Shown: positions 1-12,486, counted from the whole stretch's first letter. The stretch is 63,574 bases of DNA, filler included, from Collodictyon triciliatum (GCA_043381765.1; 9 parts of 9 records of this genome joined end to end with filler, not necessarily neighbours in it), one strand, 5' to 3'. Notes: generated from the sequence alone by a model not told the origin. Numbers and translations are program-made.

Positions 1-34
<34 letters not shown>

Positions 35-99
35 AGGAAGATTTTGATAAGTTTCTGATAAATTTTTGTTACATTCAAACTATATCAGTTTTTTCGAAA

Positions 100-3000
100 C
101 AAAAATACTTTCTGTTTGTATGAAGACATCTTTAGCAAGTTCTCGAAACTCTCGGCTTTCTTGTTCGTCCTGATAATATGAATTGAACTTGTAAGGGATT
201 AAATACGCCATGGAGTAAATACGGGATGATAACAAGATAATTTTTGCTTCCAATTCAATTCAATACAGTAATAATATATACTATTACCTCATGGTTTACT
301 TTGGGCATAATTTCTCTGTGAAGAAACTGAATAGCTGCCAACCCATCTCCCGTGACGCACGCTTCTCGGTATCTAAAACGAAAGGTGTTTGCAGGTCGTT
401 ACACAAGACAGAAAGAAATAAAGTTACTTTTGGATGACATTACTTGTGTTTCAGAATCATGAATTTGATTTTCTTGGTTATCTCCTCTGGCGATGCTCTA
501 CACAATCAATATTTACGAATTTTGATCATCACAAGCAATACTCTTATCTTTAATAGTTTTATTGAACATAAGCCCTAAAGTTCGCATGAACCCTGCACAT
601 ATATATGCTGATAAAATAAAAACCTGATTATTTCCATAGCCCAAAGGTCATCAAGTCTTTCAGGAAGACTGTCGCCTTCTCCAGGATTTCCAGCGTAAAG
701 ATAATGCGTCTTTTCAAAGGTGTAACAAAAGAAATTAATAGTTTAACCTTTTTTTTTAAAAAAAAAAAACGTTATAAAATCTATACAGTCCATAATAGTA
801 TTTTCCAATCGCAAAGACAAAATACTCACATCATGGATATTGTCATGGACAAACTGATGAGCGAAGCGAGGTAGTGGTTCATCAACCTGGGTGATATCAA
901 TTTAAATTATTTTTGAAGTTAATTGTGTGACATGGAAATCGTAAATGATTGTGATACTAAATTCATTACGCCGTTGGATGCTATGCTGTGATACAATCTC
1001 GTCCAACTGAAGTTGCTCAAATCAAGAGCCCACAACGCTAATATCGCATTTTGAAAATAACTCATTAAAATTCAGACTTGATAAATAAATTTTTTGGAAC
1101 ACGCTTATTTTTTTATTCATCTCTATGAATGTGATAAAAGTTACAATTCTTTGGAGGTTCCGTGTTGCTTCTTTCGCGCATGAGTCCAGAGAGAACGTAA
1201 ATCATAGAACGCGATGGTTCGTAACTACACCGTTGTGTGTACCCAACTTCAGGACCACCTATCATGTTTGGACGGTTTCTCAAAAAGATTTTCATACATT
1301 TTATCGACCCTCAAAAAAGAGAAAAAACGAGAAACAAGAAACGAGAAACAAGAAACAAGAAACGAGAAACGAGAAACGAGAAACGAGAAAGGTAAATGGA
1401 AAGGAAAAATTCACATATACTAAGTATACGAATATGAATTCTTTGTACCAAGACCTACCCTGGCGGCTGGATTCACGAGTTACTTCCTCGACAATATCTC
1501 GTTTCAAGTCATAAATAAGAAAATCGCTTGATAGAAATGTAGTGGTTAGATTGCAGTGTATTGTAGGCATTCCATTCCTTCTTTTTTTTTTTTTGGAAAG
1601 AAAAACAACAGTAGCGGTAAAATATTATAGTAAGTCAGCACGCATAATTTCTCAGCCATTTACCCGAGACTTTCTTTGGAGCGTTGACCGGCGTAGATGT
1701 AAAGCAGCTTTTTCTCGGTATTTATCATCATGGAATGCGATATGCGAGAGCGCAGTGGGACATAAGATTGCGGTTGATTTGAATCTCTACCAAATGAGGA
1801 TAGATAATGAACAAGAAAGAGCGCATATGATGCTTGAAAGGTTCAATTTAGATATATATATATATATATAAAGGCAAGTGCAAATCAAAATTTTATATAT
1901 CTTTCTAGTGCTGTCTTGAAAATCAACCTCATCAGACGCCATTTATTAAGAGGTATGTCGTATTCGTAGAGCCCTGAATACACATCATTCTGACCTACAA
2001 CTGTGAGACGGCCTCCGAACACTTAAAAAGTTTTAGTATTGGTGTTACTATCACTAATTTTTGTCTGAATTCGAACTATATCTTACAAATGATCAACAAA
2101 GAGATATACTAAAAAAAAAAAAAAGAAAGTTTAGATCACAACGGAAAAAGGCATTTATAATAGATAAATCATATTTTTAAAAAAGCAAACCATATATCTT
2201 TTGCTCTTCGCTGTCAATACATAATTGGTGGTCGTAGATAAGGTCAGGGCCTTGTTGAGCCTGGGCCAAACTCAGCAATTACCATATGTATCGTATAGAA
2301 GAAAAGTATTCCAAACACAGACCCAAAACTTACAAGTGTATTCTGAGTTATCAACGTCCATTGATTGAGATTGATATCAAAGCTATAAAAATCCCTAAGC
2401 GTCGACATGTCAACATCCGGGCCGTCCATGTCAATATATCGCCCCAACATATATATCTTTCTATTAATGTGGTCATAGCACATCTTATGACAAGACCGCG
2501 GGGAAGGTCCACCCTCCCTTTTAGAAATGCAATTAGGTTTCACAACATCAGAAATACGCAGAAGGATTCAAAAGAAGAAATTATGAAAACATTAAACGAG
2601 AAAAGAACTTGGATGCTTTTTCACTGATGCATATCCATCGCTCTTCCTTGATATTAAAGCTCCAAAAGTCTCCAAGGTCATCATGTCCGTCCCAGCCACC
2701 AAATAAGTATATCATGCCCAGCTATTCACATGTGTGGTTATTATTCACCATTGATATTATTACTGTCCTTACTATGCTATAGAGAATAAAGTGACCTATG
2801 TTCCACATTCTTCGGTCAAAGACAAATATTTATGTTGCTGTTTTAAACAAAATTCTCATACGTCGGAATCTATGCACATTTGGTGGCCCCCACGCATTTT
2901 TGGAACGACAGGGTTTCCTATAATGTGCATTTAATGAGAATATGTTGGAGAATTATATTTTTACTTCCATTGCTGGTTCGTTTTGAGGTATTATTTTTGT

Positions 3001-4560
3001 CATAATGCTCAAATATACCCTCTTCATCAAGTTTAGGATGAATTCGTCTCCATTTAATCGAACATGGCAGTGATTTACATGCATCGTCCAAAAGGCCTTT
3101 TGATTGCGACTCCTCAATGATTTTGGTGGCTCTCTCAAAGTTTCCTTCCATGACCTGTTACGTTATCCGTTCACAGATACCAGAGAAAAATATGTGAAAT
3201 GAAAAAAAAATTAGAGTCTAGTATTTTCTATACAATGCCTCATCAAAAAGATTGAAACAAACTTGTCTCATGTAATGATCGATATAATTTATATGAGATA
3301 AAGTCCGCACTAATGTATCGTAAAGGCTAGATAGAATAGGGTCCTCGAGCAATACAGTGGAGCTTTTCTGTAGAATTTGAAGAGCGTCGTATTGCCTTTG
3401 TTGCCGGAGATATTTCATGCACAGGCGTGAAGACAAATCCTGTTGGTACTACAAAACCACAACTTTGTTTATCATAATACTCATCTGATTAAAGTTGTTG
3501 AACAATAGGACATGTAAATTATTCACTACTTGGTTGTATCTTTCCAGCGAATTTTTTACAACCGAGGGCTCGATATGCCCGAACAGCTTCACAGACCAAA
3601 TAGTAAACGTTCCATTATTGCTATAATTGCTGATGCATTGAATCCTGACATATCGACATGGTGTAATCGTATTATAGTCGGTCTTAAACTTTATGTTAAA
3701 TGTCTCGACTTCGTCGTCATTACGCAGATCTAATTAAAAAAAACATGTATTATGGTCTGGCTTTTAACAAGGATTATATGCCATAAAATGAAAATAGAAA
3801 TAGCTCCAATCTCTTTGATCCAACAAAACAAAACAAAACAAAACAAAACAAAACAAAACAAAACAAAACAAAACAAAACAAAACAAAACAAAACAAAACA
3901 AAACAGGGTTATTTCATTCATTTGATTACTTGTATGAAGAATTTCTCTCATTCTGTTCAGCTCCATCCCAGCCAGTAATTTAAACTCTTTCAAACCTGAC
4001 GGATTTCCTATTCAATGATGTTTGATAAAGTTAGAGTCATTAGAATATATAGCCAGAAAATAACAAGAACCATCTATGCATGGATTTGTAATAAATAAAA
4101 ATATATTAGAAAAATTTGATAAATTATTTTTCAATGGTGACGAATAAGTGGGATACCTTTTACGACCTTTCCAAAGGATATGTATCCTAGTATCATTTGA
4201 ACAGCAGGTTGTAACCAACAAAATAAACATATTACATGGACATTCCTTTTATTTGAAACAGAGCAGATAGGCACATAAATACATAAGAATAAGTGAACTC
4301 AAGAGGACGCGAGGAAGATTAAAATAAATAAAAATAAATAAAAACACCGTACGAAGCACCGAAACGGAGTCCAATCTCAGGATTAGAAACTCGTTCGAAC
4401 CGTTTGGGGTGGAAGTCCAGCGACTTTGAAGATCCCCTGGTTTATTCACCATAATGTTTTCAGGCACGAAGCGCTCTGAATAGCTGCTGCAGGCCTGGAC
4501 CTGAAACTTCACCGGGAGAATCGAGCTTTCTTCACAAAGTTGGCACGACAAGTCCGACAT
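100..4560 (-). CDS. MKLN1: Muskelin (discoidin-LisH-CTLH-kelch), CTLH E3 ligase subunit; multi-exon, 3' end apparently cut off at window start
   Basis: Exon translations: SSYSERFVPENIMVNKPGDLQSRWTS (muskelin N domain), RLCMKYLRQ (LisH), kelch motifs PKMRGGHQMCIDS, GPSPRSCHKMCYD, PLPRFAHQFVHD, MHYLYAGNPG...RLDDLW. Lower boundary approximate. Confidence 0.88.
3824..3904. repeat. (CAAAA)n microsatellite, intronic
   Basis: Direct reading. Confidence 0.9.
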
Positions 4561-5080
4561 CGTCTCCTGATCTTCTATTTCTTGGCCTTGTGAGTGAAAT
4601 GGTGTAAAGTGTTGACTCTTTGTTTTGCTTTGTTTTGTTTTTTCTACCTCCTCTCAGTCAATCGTTGTGTGCCGATTCAGCCTCTCTGCGATCAAAAGCG
4701 CCTTGCAGATTCCTTAATTAGAATTAAAAAAAAAAAAGCAGAGGATCAAATCTGTGTGTTCCATTTATTCCACATCAAGCAATCTAAAAACAAGTTTAGA
4801 AATAGATTTGATTGCGTCGATCAAATCAGCCACAAGATTTGTTAACCTGCTCTTTGAGTTCTATGCTTTTGCCCAGCGTTGGGTCGAAGAAGCCAAGCGG
4901 ATGCTGCTAACACTAACGATTAGAGCACACGTACCCGAGTGTTAAGTAGCCAAGCCTGAGGGGATTCAAGCCTCACTTGACAAAATTGAAAGCTTTACTT
5001 CAGCCCCTGTGCGGGTTTTCCTGCACTAATTGTTTGCTCTTTGTTCGCTTGTAAACAGACAGGCTGCGATCAGAGGCTTC
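4561..5080. promoter_or_regulatory. Probable bidirectional promoter between divergent MKLN1 and DCAF13
   Basis: Head-to-head start codons at 4560 (-) and 5081 (+), ~520 bp apart; positional inference only. Confidence 0.4.
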
Positions 5081-8000
5081 ATGTCGAAGAAGATTGTGGG
5101 TATTTTTCTTGAAGTTTAAGCTGATTCCCTCTTCAATATATATCCGTATTTGCGATGTTTGAAGTTTTTTTTTTTATTGTACCTTCTTTCCCAAATACAC
5201 TATTTTCCCCCCATGGCTTTACTGCTCTTCATCTGAGCATATTTGTATCCCGTGCTTGAAAAACATCAGTCGGTCAAAGTGATCTCCAGAGATCCCCGTG
5301 AGTTCAGTCGCGAGAGAAAAAGCGACATTCAGCGTGTGGAAAGGAATCCCGACCCTGCTTTGCATCCTTTCGAGCGTGCCCGAGAATATATACGCACCTT
5401 GAATGCCGTCAAGTTAGACAAGATATTTTCGAAGCCTTTCCTCGGTTTGCTTTTATTTACTATCTTCTGAAACCACATTTTTTTTCTCCCTCGTCTCTTG
5501 AATATCATTTTTTCTTTCTGTAAACTTATACAACCACTTCATATTTGCTGAGACCATATCATATCTACAGCTTCATTGGAGGGCCACACAGACGGCATAT
5601 TCTGCATGGCACGCAACCCGAGACAACTCACAGGAATGCTTTCAGGCACCGTGAATGGAGGTTTGCTTCTTTTTTTTTTTTTTGTCTCCTTTGGCTCTAT
5701 TTGGGTCTTCATGAAGTATTAAAACAGTTATGATATGTACGTTGGTTGTTTCAAGATATTTAATCTTATGCTATAAAACATCTGTACACAGAAATTCGAT
5801 ACTGGGACGTGACTCTAAAGTAAACACTCTAGTTCGTCCTTTCTTAAAATGATGTTTTCTGGCGGATGCGTGAAAATGCTGTGATACCATTTTTACTATT
5901 TCTCTCCATATAGGCGCTGCACTCTATCCATTAGCAAAGGTCATGAGGGATATGTAAGGGGGATTGCAGCTCTGCCCACTGGTCGTCGATTCCTCACATG
6001 CGGGTTTGACAAGACCGTGAAATTGTGGAACTTGAAAAATAATACCAAATATGAAGACTTGGGGGACTATGGCGATGATAATCATGAAGAAGATACAATG
6101 GTTTGTTATGATTAAGATAAGAAGAAAAAAGAAAGAAGACATAGCCAATTATTATTTTTAAAATATTCTATAAAGTATATTCTTACTGACGCCAACATCG
6201 CCAAAATATGTCTCATCTGAAAAATTCAACCAAAGCTTCGTGGCACATACTTTGGCTCAGACCCGTTCTAGTGAGTATTCAATTAAAGATTCTGATGTGC
6301 CCTTTTGAAACTGAAATAAATCCTTTGGTATTTTTTTAACTTTTCTTTGTAAATAAAGTGGAGTCGATGTCCACCGAACAGATTCAATTTTTTGCACATC
6401 AAGTAATAAGATTGACATGTGGGACATTGGAAGGTTTGTGTTAAAACAAAGGAAGAAGGAGAAAAGGCACTAATAATTTTCCTTTTGTACTCACACGATT
6501 ACATATGAAACATGTAGATCCGAACCTACTCAAAGCTTTACGTGGGGTGCCGACTCTATCATATCAACAAAGTTTAACCAAGTAAGAATTTATTCAACCA
6601 AACTTCATTTTGTCCATCCTATTTCACCAGCAAACCATTCATTAGTTCCGTATGAACATTTTCTTTTCTTTTTAGTATGATAATGAATTTTTTTTTTTGG
6701 AAAAAAAGGTTGAACCAAATATCCTGAGCAGCTGCGGTTCTGACCGTTCAATCGTATTGTATGATATCCGTCTGAGCACGCCAATCCGCAAACTCATCAA
6801 TAATGTAAGTCATTTGGCCAAAATATCAATCACAAGCTATGGTTTAGCTACCAGCAACTTAGGTCTGAAAATTTCCTCTACATTTTACCAATCATTTAGA
6901 TGAGATCGAATGCAATCAGCTGGAATCCAATGGAGGCGTACAATTTTGTGGCTGTAAGCCTATCTCCGATGATATAACCTCACCATAATTTGCTCGTTTG
7001 ATGATGATTTTATCATTATTTATTTTATTAGCGGACCCATCTAAAAAATTTTTGGGATTAAATCTTGTAGTGGCAAGTTAAGCAATGCTATTAATTTGTA
7101 GGCAAATGAAGACCACAATATTTATGCATATGACATGCGATCCTTGAAAAAGGCACTTATGGTGTACACCGATCACGTCTCTGCTGTGTATGTCAATCTC
7201 TTTCGTGTATTCTTTGCAGGCTTCACATTATGGACAATGGAGCGCCTCGCCCTTTTTCACGAGCTCATTAATTTCATATTGATTATTTATTGATGTAAAT
7301 TAGACTGGATGTGGACTTTTCACCAACCGGACTAGAGTTTGCATCTGGCTCTTACGACCGTACCATTCGTGTCTATGATAAAAATGAACCCAGAAGCAAA
7401 GAAGTATACCATACGCAGCGCATGCAGCGGTATATATTCACCGCCACTAATATATGCAATATTAATTAATTTATGTTATTGTGAAATATATATATATATA
7501 TATTACATGTAAGAAATTTCAGAACATTTTTTATGTTGATTCTAATGGTCATCATGTTACAAACAGAATATTCTCGATCAAGTACAGCTCTGATGCAGAA
7601 TTTGTTCTCTCAGTATGAATTTTTTTCCATAATAGAACGAGAAAAGAAAAGAAAAAGGAAGTGTGTGCTCTACAGGCAAAGTTGGGCTTATGCACCCCTT
7701 TTTTCTTTTTTCTTTTTATCTTTTTTCTTTTTATCTTTTTACTTTTTACTTTTTACTTTTTACTTTTTACTTTTTACTTTTTACTTTTATTTACTCACCC
7801 ATTTTAGGGAAGCGATGACACAAACATTCGCATCTGGAAGTCTCACGCCTCCGCACCGCTAAAACCAGTAAGGAACATGTAGAAGAGTATTACATGAGTA
7901 TAAAATCCAAACTTGTGAATCTAAGCTAAAATAATCCCTATAAAAGTATATAATGCCCACCTAATGACCTGAATATATCTCCAAACTCACTTCATTTAGC

Positions 8001-8470
8001 TTCTGCGGAGAGAAAAGAAAAGTCTGAACTATTCCGAGAAATTAAAGGAGCGTTACGGCCACTTGCCTGACATTTATCGCATCAAGAAGTATGAGAACTT
8101 ATTCACAATCAAACTTCAAAGGATAAAACGTTTTGGCAAAGCATCCATATCAACTATTTAATACCTGCAACCATTCATGAATGCTCTATCTGCCAATCAA
8201 CAGACATCGCCATCTTCCCAAAGTCATTCTCAAGGCCTCAGAGAAAAAGAAGATTATGAAGGACTCGCAAAAGCGCAAGCTGGACAATCTCATCAAGCAC
8301 AGGTTCCTTCATCTCAAAAATATTCTTGCCATGTTGCGTCAGCATGTTTACCTAAATATTCTCATAAACCCGTTCAAACTGTCTATATCACACCTGTTGC
8401 TTGCAGCAAACCCGGCGCTGTCAAAGTTCCATCCAAAGCCAAGGCCGCAATTGTCCAGGAAATCGAATAA
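5081..8470 (+). CDS. DCAF13: DDB1- and CUL4-associated factor 13 / Sof1 (WD40, SSU processome); multi-exon, complete
   Basis: MSKKI|SVKVISRDPREFSRERKSDIQRVERNPDPALHPFERAREYIRTLNAVKLDKIFSKPF, SCGSDRSIVLYDIR, SNAISWNPMEAYNF, EVYHTQRMQR, GSDDTNIRIWK, HRHLPKVI; stop TAA 8468-8470. Confidence 0.95.
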
Positions 8471-8733
8471 AGCAAGAAAGATCGCAGTCGAGGTTTTACA
8501 ATTAATATGCAAGTTGTGTAGAACAGGGAAAGATTACATAGCTTGCACTCATAATTTTGTCTTTCTGTTTGTTGTTTTGATTCTCTATTCCTCCTTTTAA
8601 TTTGCGCAAGTTGGCGGGGATTACGGCTTTGTTTTTTGTTTTTTGTTTTTTGTTTTTTGTTTTTTGTTTTTTGTTTTTTGTTTTTTGTTTTTTGTTTTTT
8701 GTTTTTTTGTTTTTTGTTTTTTGTTTTTTTTTT

Positions 8734-8833
8734 NNNNNNNNNNNNNNNNNNNNNNNNNNNNNNNNNNNNNNNNNNNNTTAATTAATTAANNNNNNNNNNN
8801 NNNNNNNNNNNNNNNNNNNNNNNNNNNNNNNNN
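8734..8833. other. Artificial scaffold-joining linker
   Basis: N44-TTAATTAATTAA-N44 (stops in all six frames). Confidence 0.97.
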
Positions 8834-8916
<83 letters not shown>

Positions 8917-9661
8917 TAATAAAAGGGAAGAAAAAAAGGCTTCGGGCTCAAGCCATCAACTCACGGGCAGCAAGATAGGTATGAATATAGTGCTCTGTAT
9001 TAGTGTCTCTGATTCATTTATCCGTTTTTTCTTTTCCTTTTCCCATTTTCTTTTTTCTCTTTTCTTTTTCTTTTTTCTTTTATCTATTCTTTTTCTTTTT
9101 TCTTTTTTTTTTCATCGGTCTCATTCGGCCTGTAAATGGATAAACTTCATTACAAAGGTTGTGACGAACTTGGTTTTATCCCTTTCAAGGAACAACACTT
9201 TATTTGCAACGAAAGTGCACCCATATATATAGATAGCAATTTATTGCACAAACAACCATCGAATTAAATCTGGATTGACGAAAGCAGGAGTATTGATGAA
9301 TCAAGAAAGAACTTGAATAATATAATAGTATAATTAGTATACATAGTAAGGTTAAATATACTTAAAAATCTCATTCTATTCCTGTAATTAATTTATATTT
9401 TATTTTCCATTATCGTATTAAAATCCAAAATTACAAACAAGCCGTTGCATTGGCCCAGACAGAAATCAGCCCTATAAACCTGCCACCAAGCATGCATATC
9501 AAAAAAGCATACTACCCACACTTGTGGCGGTAATCATATTGTTTGGGGCCGATATGTTGACTTTAAGTCGCCATGGCTATACGGCCGTCCTTTCGAACTC
9601 GCCGAATCGGCTCTCAGCGTTTTGTCTCAAATCACTCGAATAAAAAAAAAAACCTTGTGTA

Positions 9662-11843
9662 TCTGTTTACCACAATGCGTACATTTTGAGAGTTTTGGTA
9701 GATGCTTAGTTTTACATAAATTGATTTTATGCAGTTTTTTTTAAATTGACTGTTTTACTAAAGTTTTATCAAAATTGAAAACTCGGTACTTTTCTCAAGA
9801 AAAAAGTAAAACAAAGACTTTCAGATGAAGAAAATAAAACATCTTGAGTCTGGGAATATAAAGTCTGTAAAACCACACTATCGAAATGTGAAGCCATCTC
9901 TAAAGTCGATTGTAAAGAATGCGGATGACTATGACAAAATCAACGATACAGTTTTATTGTGTCATAATTTGGTTGGGGACACTTATCTGTTTGTAAGATG
10001 TTGCATATTGAAATCAAAACCACCAACAATCGATGAAATGTGTTTTTTTTTTCTTTATTCACTTTAAAGACAGTCGGAAAAGTTTCACAAGATAGACCCG
10101 CACGTTTAAAACATCCAGAAATGAGATGATATGATGATTTTTATCTCTATGATTTTCGATTCCTTTCGTCCCGAGAAGAACGCTTTCCGTTGGTTAAACT
10201 GTCTCATGCATTACCGTACTTAAGGAAGCAAATGTTAGCAGCTTATCAGAACACCACTAAGGAACATTTTGTAAAGAGGTTACTGCGCTTTATAAATCAA
10301 AAAGTTCCTAAATATGAGAATATAACGGATACTGTTAAAAAGGCAGAGTTACGAAAGTTAAAAAAAAAGCCATCTTCAAGAAATTCGAAATACCGGAACA
10401 ATATCAAGGATGGACTAAAATGCATCTGCATCATATAATTCCCAGCGATATTGTAAAAGGTATCGAATATGACGCCAAAGTCAATCCAAAGAAGTACATC
10501 CCATGTTTGATTCACATGAATCGCATTTTTGAGGACATTGTATCCAAAAGCTTCGACCAATCTCTATAGGAACTAACAATAAACCATGTCATATTACTCT
10601 AGATACTGCATGTTTGATATATCTATTAGTCTTATCTGGAAAGTCATTATTAATGAAGAACATATCAGGATACAAAGAGACACTATGGGAAAAGTTCTTT
10701 GAAATGGAGAAGAGGGTCTTCCATCAAACAGACTACAATTTTAAATACATGATACAAACAGACGGCTTGGCGGTGTCATGATTGTTTGAAAAGAAAGGTA
10801 TTTCAAATTCAAATTCCAAATACAATCAAAAAGAAACCAAGAATATGTCTACAAAGATGAACTTTCCGAAGAGCAGTTATCTTTATTAGCGAATTTTTTT
10901 TTTAGTTGGAGTGGACGCAGGCAAGTTTAATTTGGTTTACATGGTAGACGAGACAGGTAAGAAATTACGTTACACGACACACCAAACAAGACATGATAAC
11001 AAATCTCTTTAAAATCACAGAATACTCTTGTGCGAGAAAGAAAAGAAAAGTACAAGGCTTCAGGGATATGCATGGCAGCAGGTTTACAAAGAGCTTTTTC
11101 TTTTAGTCACCTGACTTTTGAAGAGAATCAGCAGGTTGAGACATCAAGAGCATCTTTAATCGATTTAGAGACATAACTGAATAAACATAATTCATGCACG
11201 GTCGATTATGAAAAAATTCGGAAATATGTATCTATGAAATTAAGATACCCGATAGAATTATCCAGATTTTATGAACACGTAACTTTTCGAAAGATGAGAT
11301 GGAGACAGTATGTTAATACAAAAAGTAGTGAAAGTTGTTTATGGACCGAATTGAAAAGACATTTGGCAAGGATGTTATACTGGCGTATGGAGACTGGAGC
11401 AGAAAATCTCCGATGAAACATTTTACGCCAACAATCGGAAGAGTATTACGAAAAAAATACTATCCAAACGTTTTGATACCAGTTATTGTAAATGGATTAA
11501 AACCCTCCAAGATGTGCTGTAGCTGCGAAAAAGAACTGGGATATATGACACTGAAAGGAAATACAAAAAAAAGTGTATAGTTGTCTCATGTGTAAAGAAT
11601 GCATTCGCTCAGGAAGCAAACAGAGTCTATTCTTGACAAGGGACTTTGACAGCGCTAAAAATATACTCAAGAAAGTTCTTTTACTCCTTCAAAATATGCT
11701 TACACCTTTCTTTTTTAAAAAATCGGCTGTCGGGTCTCTCCTGGCGGCCTTCACCACTACACAGTCTTTGAGAAAAAAGTGGTGAGACGTTGGGTACTAG
11801 CGGACTATATTTACCAATCGAAAGATTGGAGAACACGTCCTAG
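9662..11843 (+). mobile_element. Putative non-autonomous Helitron-like element carrying Fanzor1
   Basis: Right end: 16-nt hairpin (11814-29), 10-nt spacer, CTAG (11840-43) followed by T. Left end is a guess at A|TC 9661/9662; no Rep/helicase gene seen. Confidence 0.45.
9825..11785 (+). pseudogene. Fanzor1 (eukaryotic TnpB/Cas12-like RuvC endonuclease), intronless, multiply frameshifted
   Basis: Frame-hopping translation gives colinear Fanzor1-type blocks: YRNVKPSLKSIVK..INDTVLLCHNLVGDTYLFVR; LSHALPYL..YQNTTKEHFVKRLLRFIN; HIIPSDIVKGIEYDAKVNP; KPCHITLDTA; YMIQTDGLAVS*LF (10746-10787); RuvC-I VGVDAGK (D 10914-16) + KLRYT; FRKMRWRQY; LAYGDWS; RuvC-II VIVNG (expected E is G, 11494-96); zinc finger CCSC/CKEC; RuvC-III RDFDSAKNI (D 11642-44). 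At least 4 in-frame stops and several frameshifts. Confidence 0.9.
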
Positions 11844-11860
11844 TAAAACGAAAAGAAAAT
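11720..11860 (+). ncRNA. Candidate Fanzor omegaRNA scaffold plus 3' flanking guide segment
   Basis: Stems seen directly: TCACCACT(11751-58)/AGTGGTGA(11778-85); TACTA..GGAC(11795-805)/GTCC-TAGTA(11837-45) enclosing CCAATC-GAAA-GATTGG (11814-29). Position overlapping and following the ORF 3' end fits TnpB/Fanzor guide RNAs. Limits approximate. Confidence 0.55.
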
Positions 11861-12198
11861 CGAAGGTGCCACCAATGCCAGATGGAAACGCAATCTCCAA
11901 CCTTTTCCACATTTGATGAATCATCTTGGTAAAATGTCATTCCAGCCAATCCAGAATTCTGCACTTCCTATTCCAGGACAAGAAAGCGAGTTTCCACATT
12001 AGCTGGAAAGATAACTCATCACAACCAGCACAGCAAACATCTCTTCAAACCCCAAAATTCTCACAGAGCCCCAAATTCCCTCTCCCAGCCGCAAGGGAAC
12101 AAGTTAATAGAAACCACCCGGCTCCCGATATCAAACATCGGATGGATAAATACCCTAGCCACTCCATATATGTGCGACAGTTCTTTCAAGGCACCTCA

Positions 12199-12316
12199 CA
12201 AAAACAAAAACAAAAACAAAAACAAAAACAAAAACAAAAACAAAAACAAAAACAAAAACAAAAACAAAAACAAAAACAAAAACAAAAACAAAAACAAATA
12301 CAAATACAAAAAAAAC
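12199..12316. repeat. (CAAAAA)n microsatellite between Fanzor element and Ctr gene
   Basis: Direct reading. Confidence 0.9.
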
Positions 12317-12486
12317 AAAAAACCAGAAACCCAAGGACAACAGACATTTATGGGCTGTTAGTGTGGTCGTGTGTATTTATTGGAAGGAGAGAAACCCTCT
12401 TTTCCTCACGACAACTAACCAGACTCGATCGCCACCCCAAAGAACCGCCCCCTACAAAAACATAAGGAGACTCTCGCAAACGCACT

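Noticed and set aside
10100-11600. In-frame TGA/TAA in Fanzor as evidence for a variant genetic code
   Set aside because: They co-occur with frameshifts, and host genes end normally in TAA (DCAF13), TAG (CCP) and TGA (kinase, TPR).
9752-11849. 9-bp inverted repeat GTTTTACTA (9752-60) / TAGTAAAAC (11841-49) as transposon TIRs
   Set aside because: Short, AT-rich and without a target-site duplication; the Helitron-type end explains the right side better. Not fully excluded.
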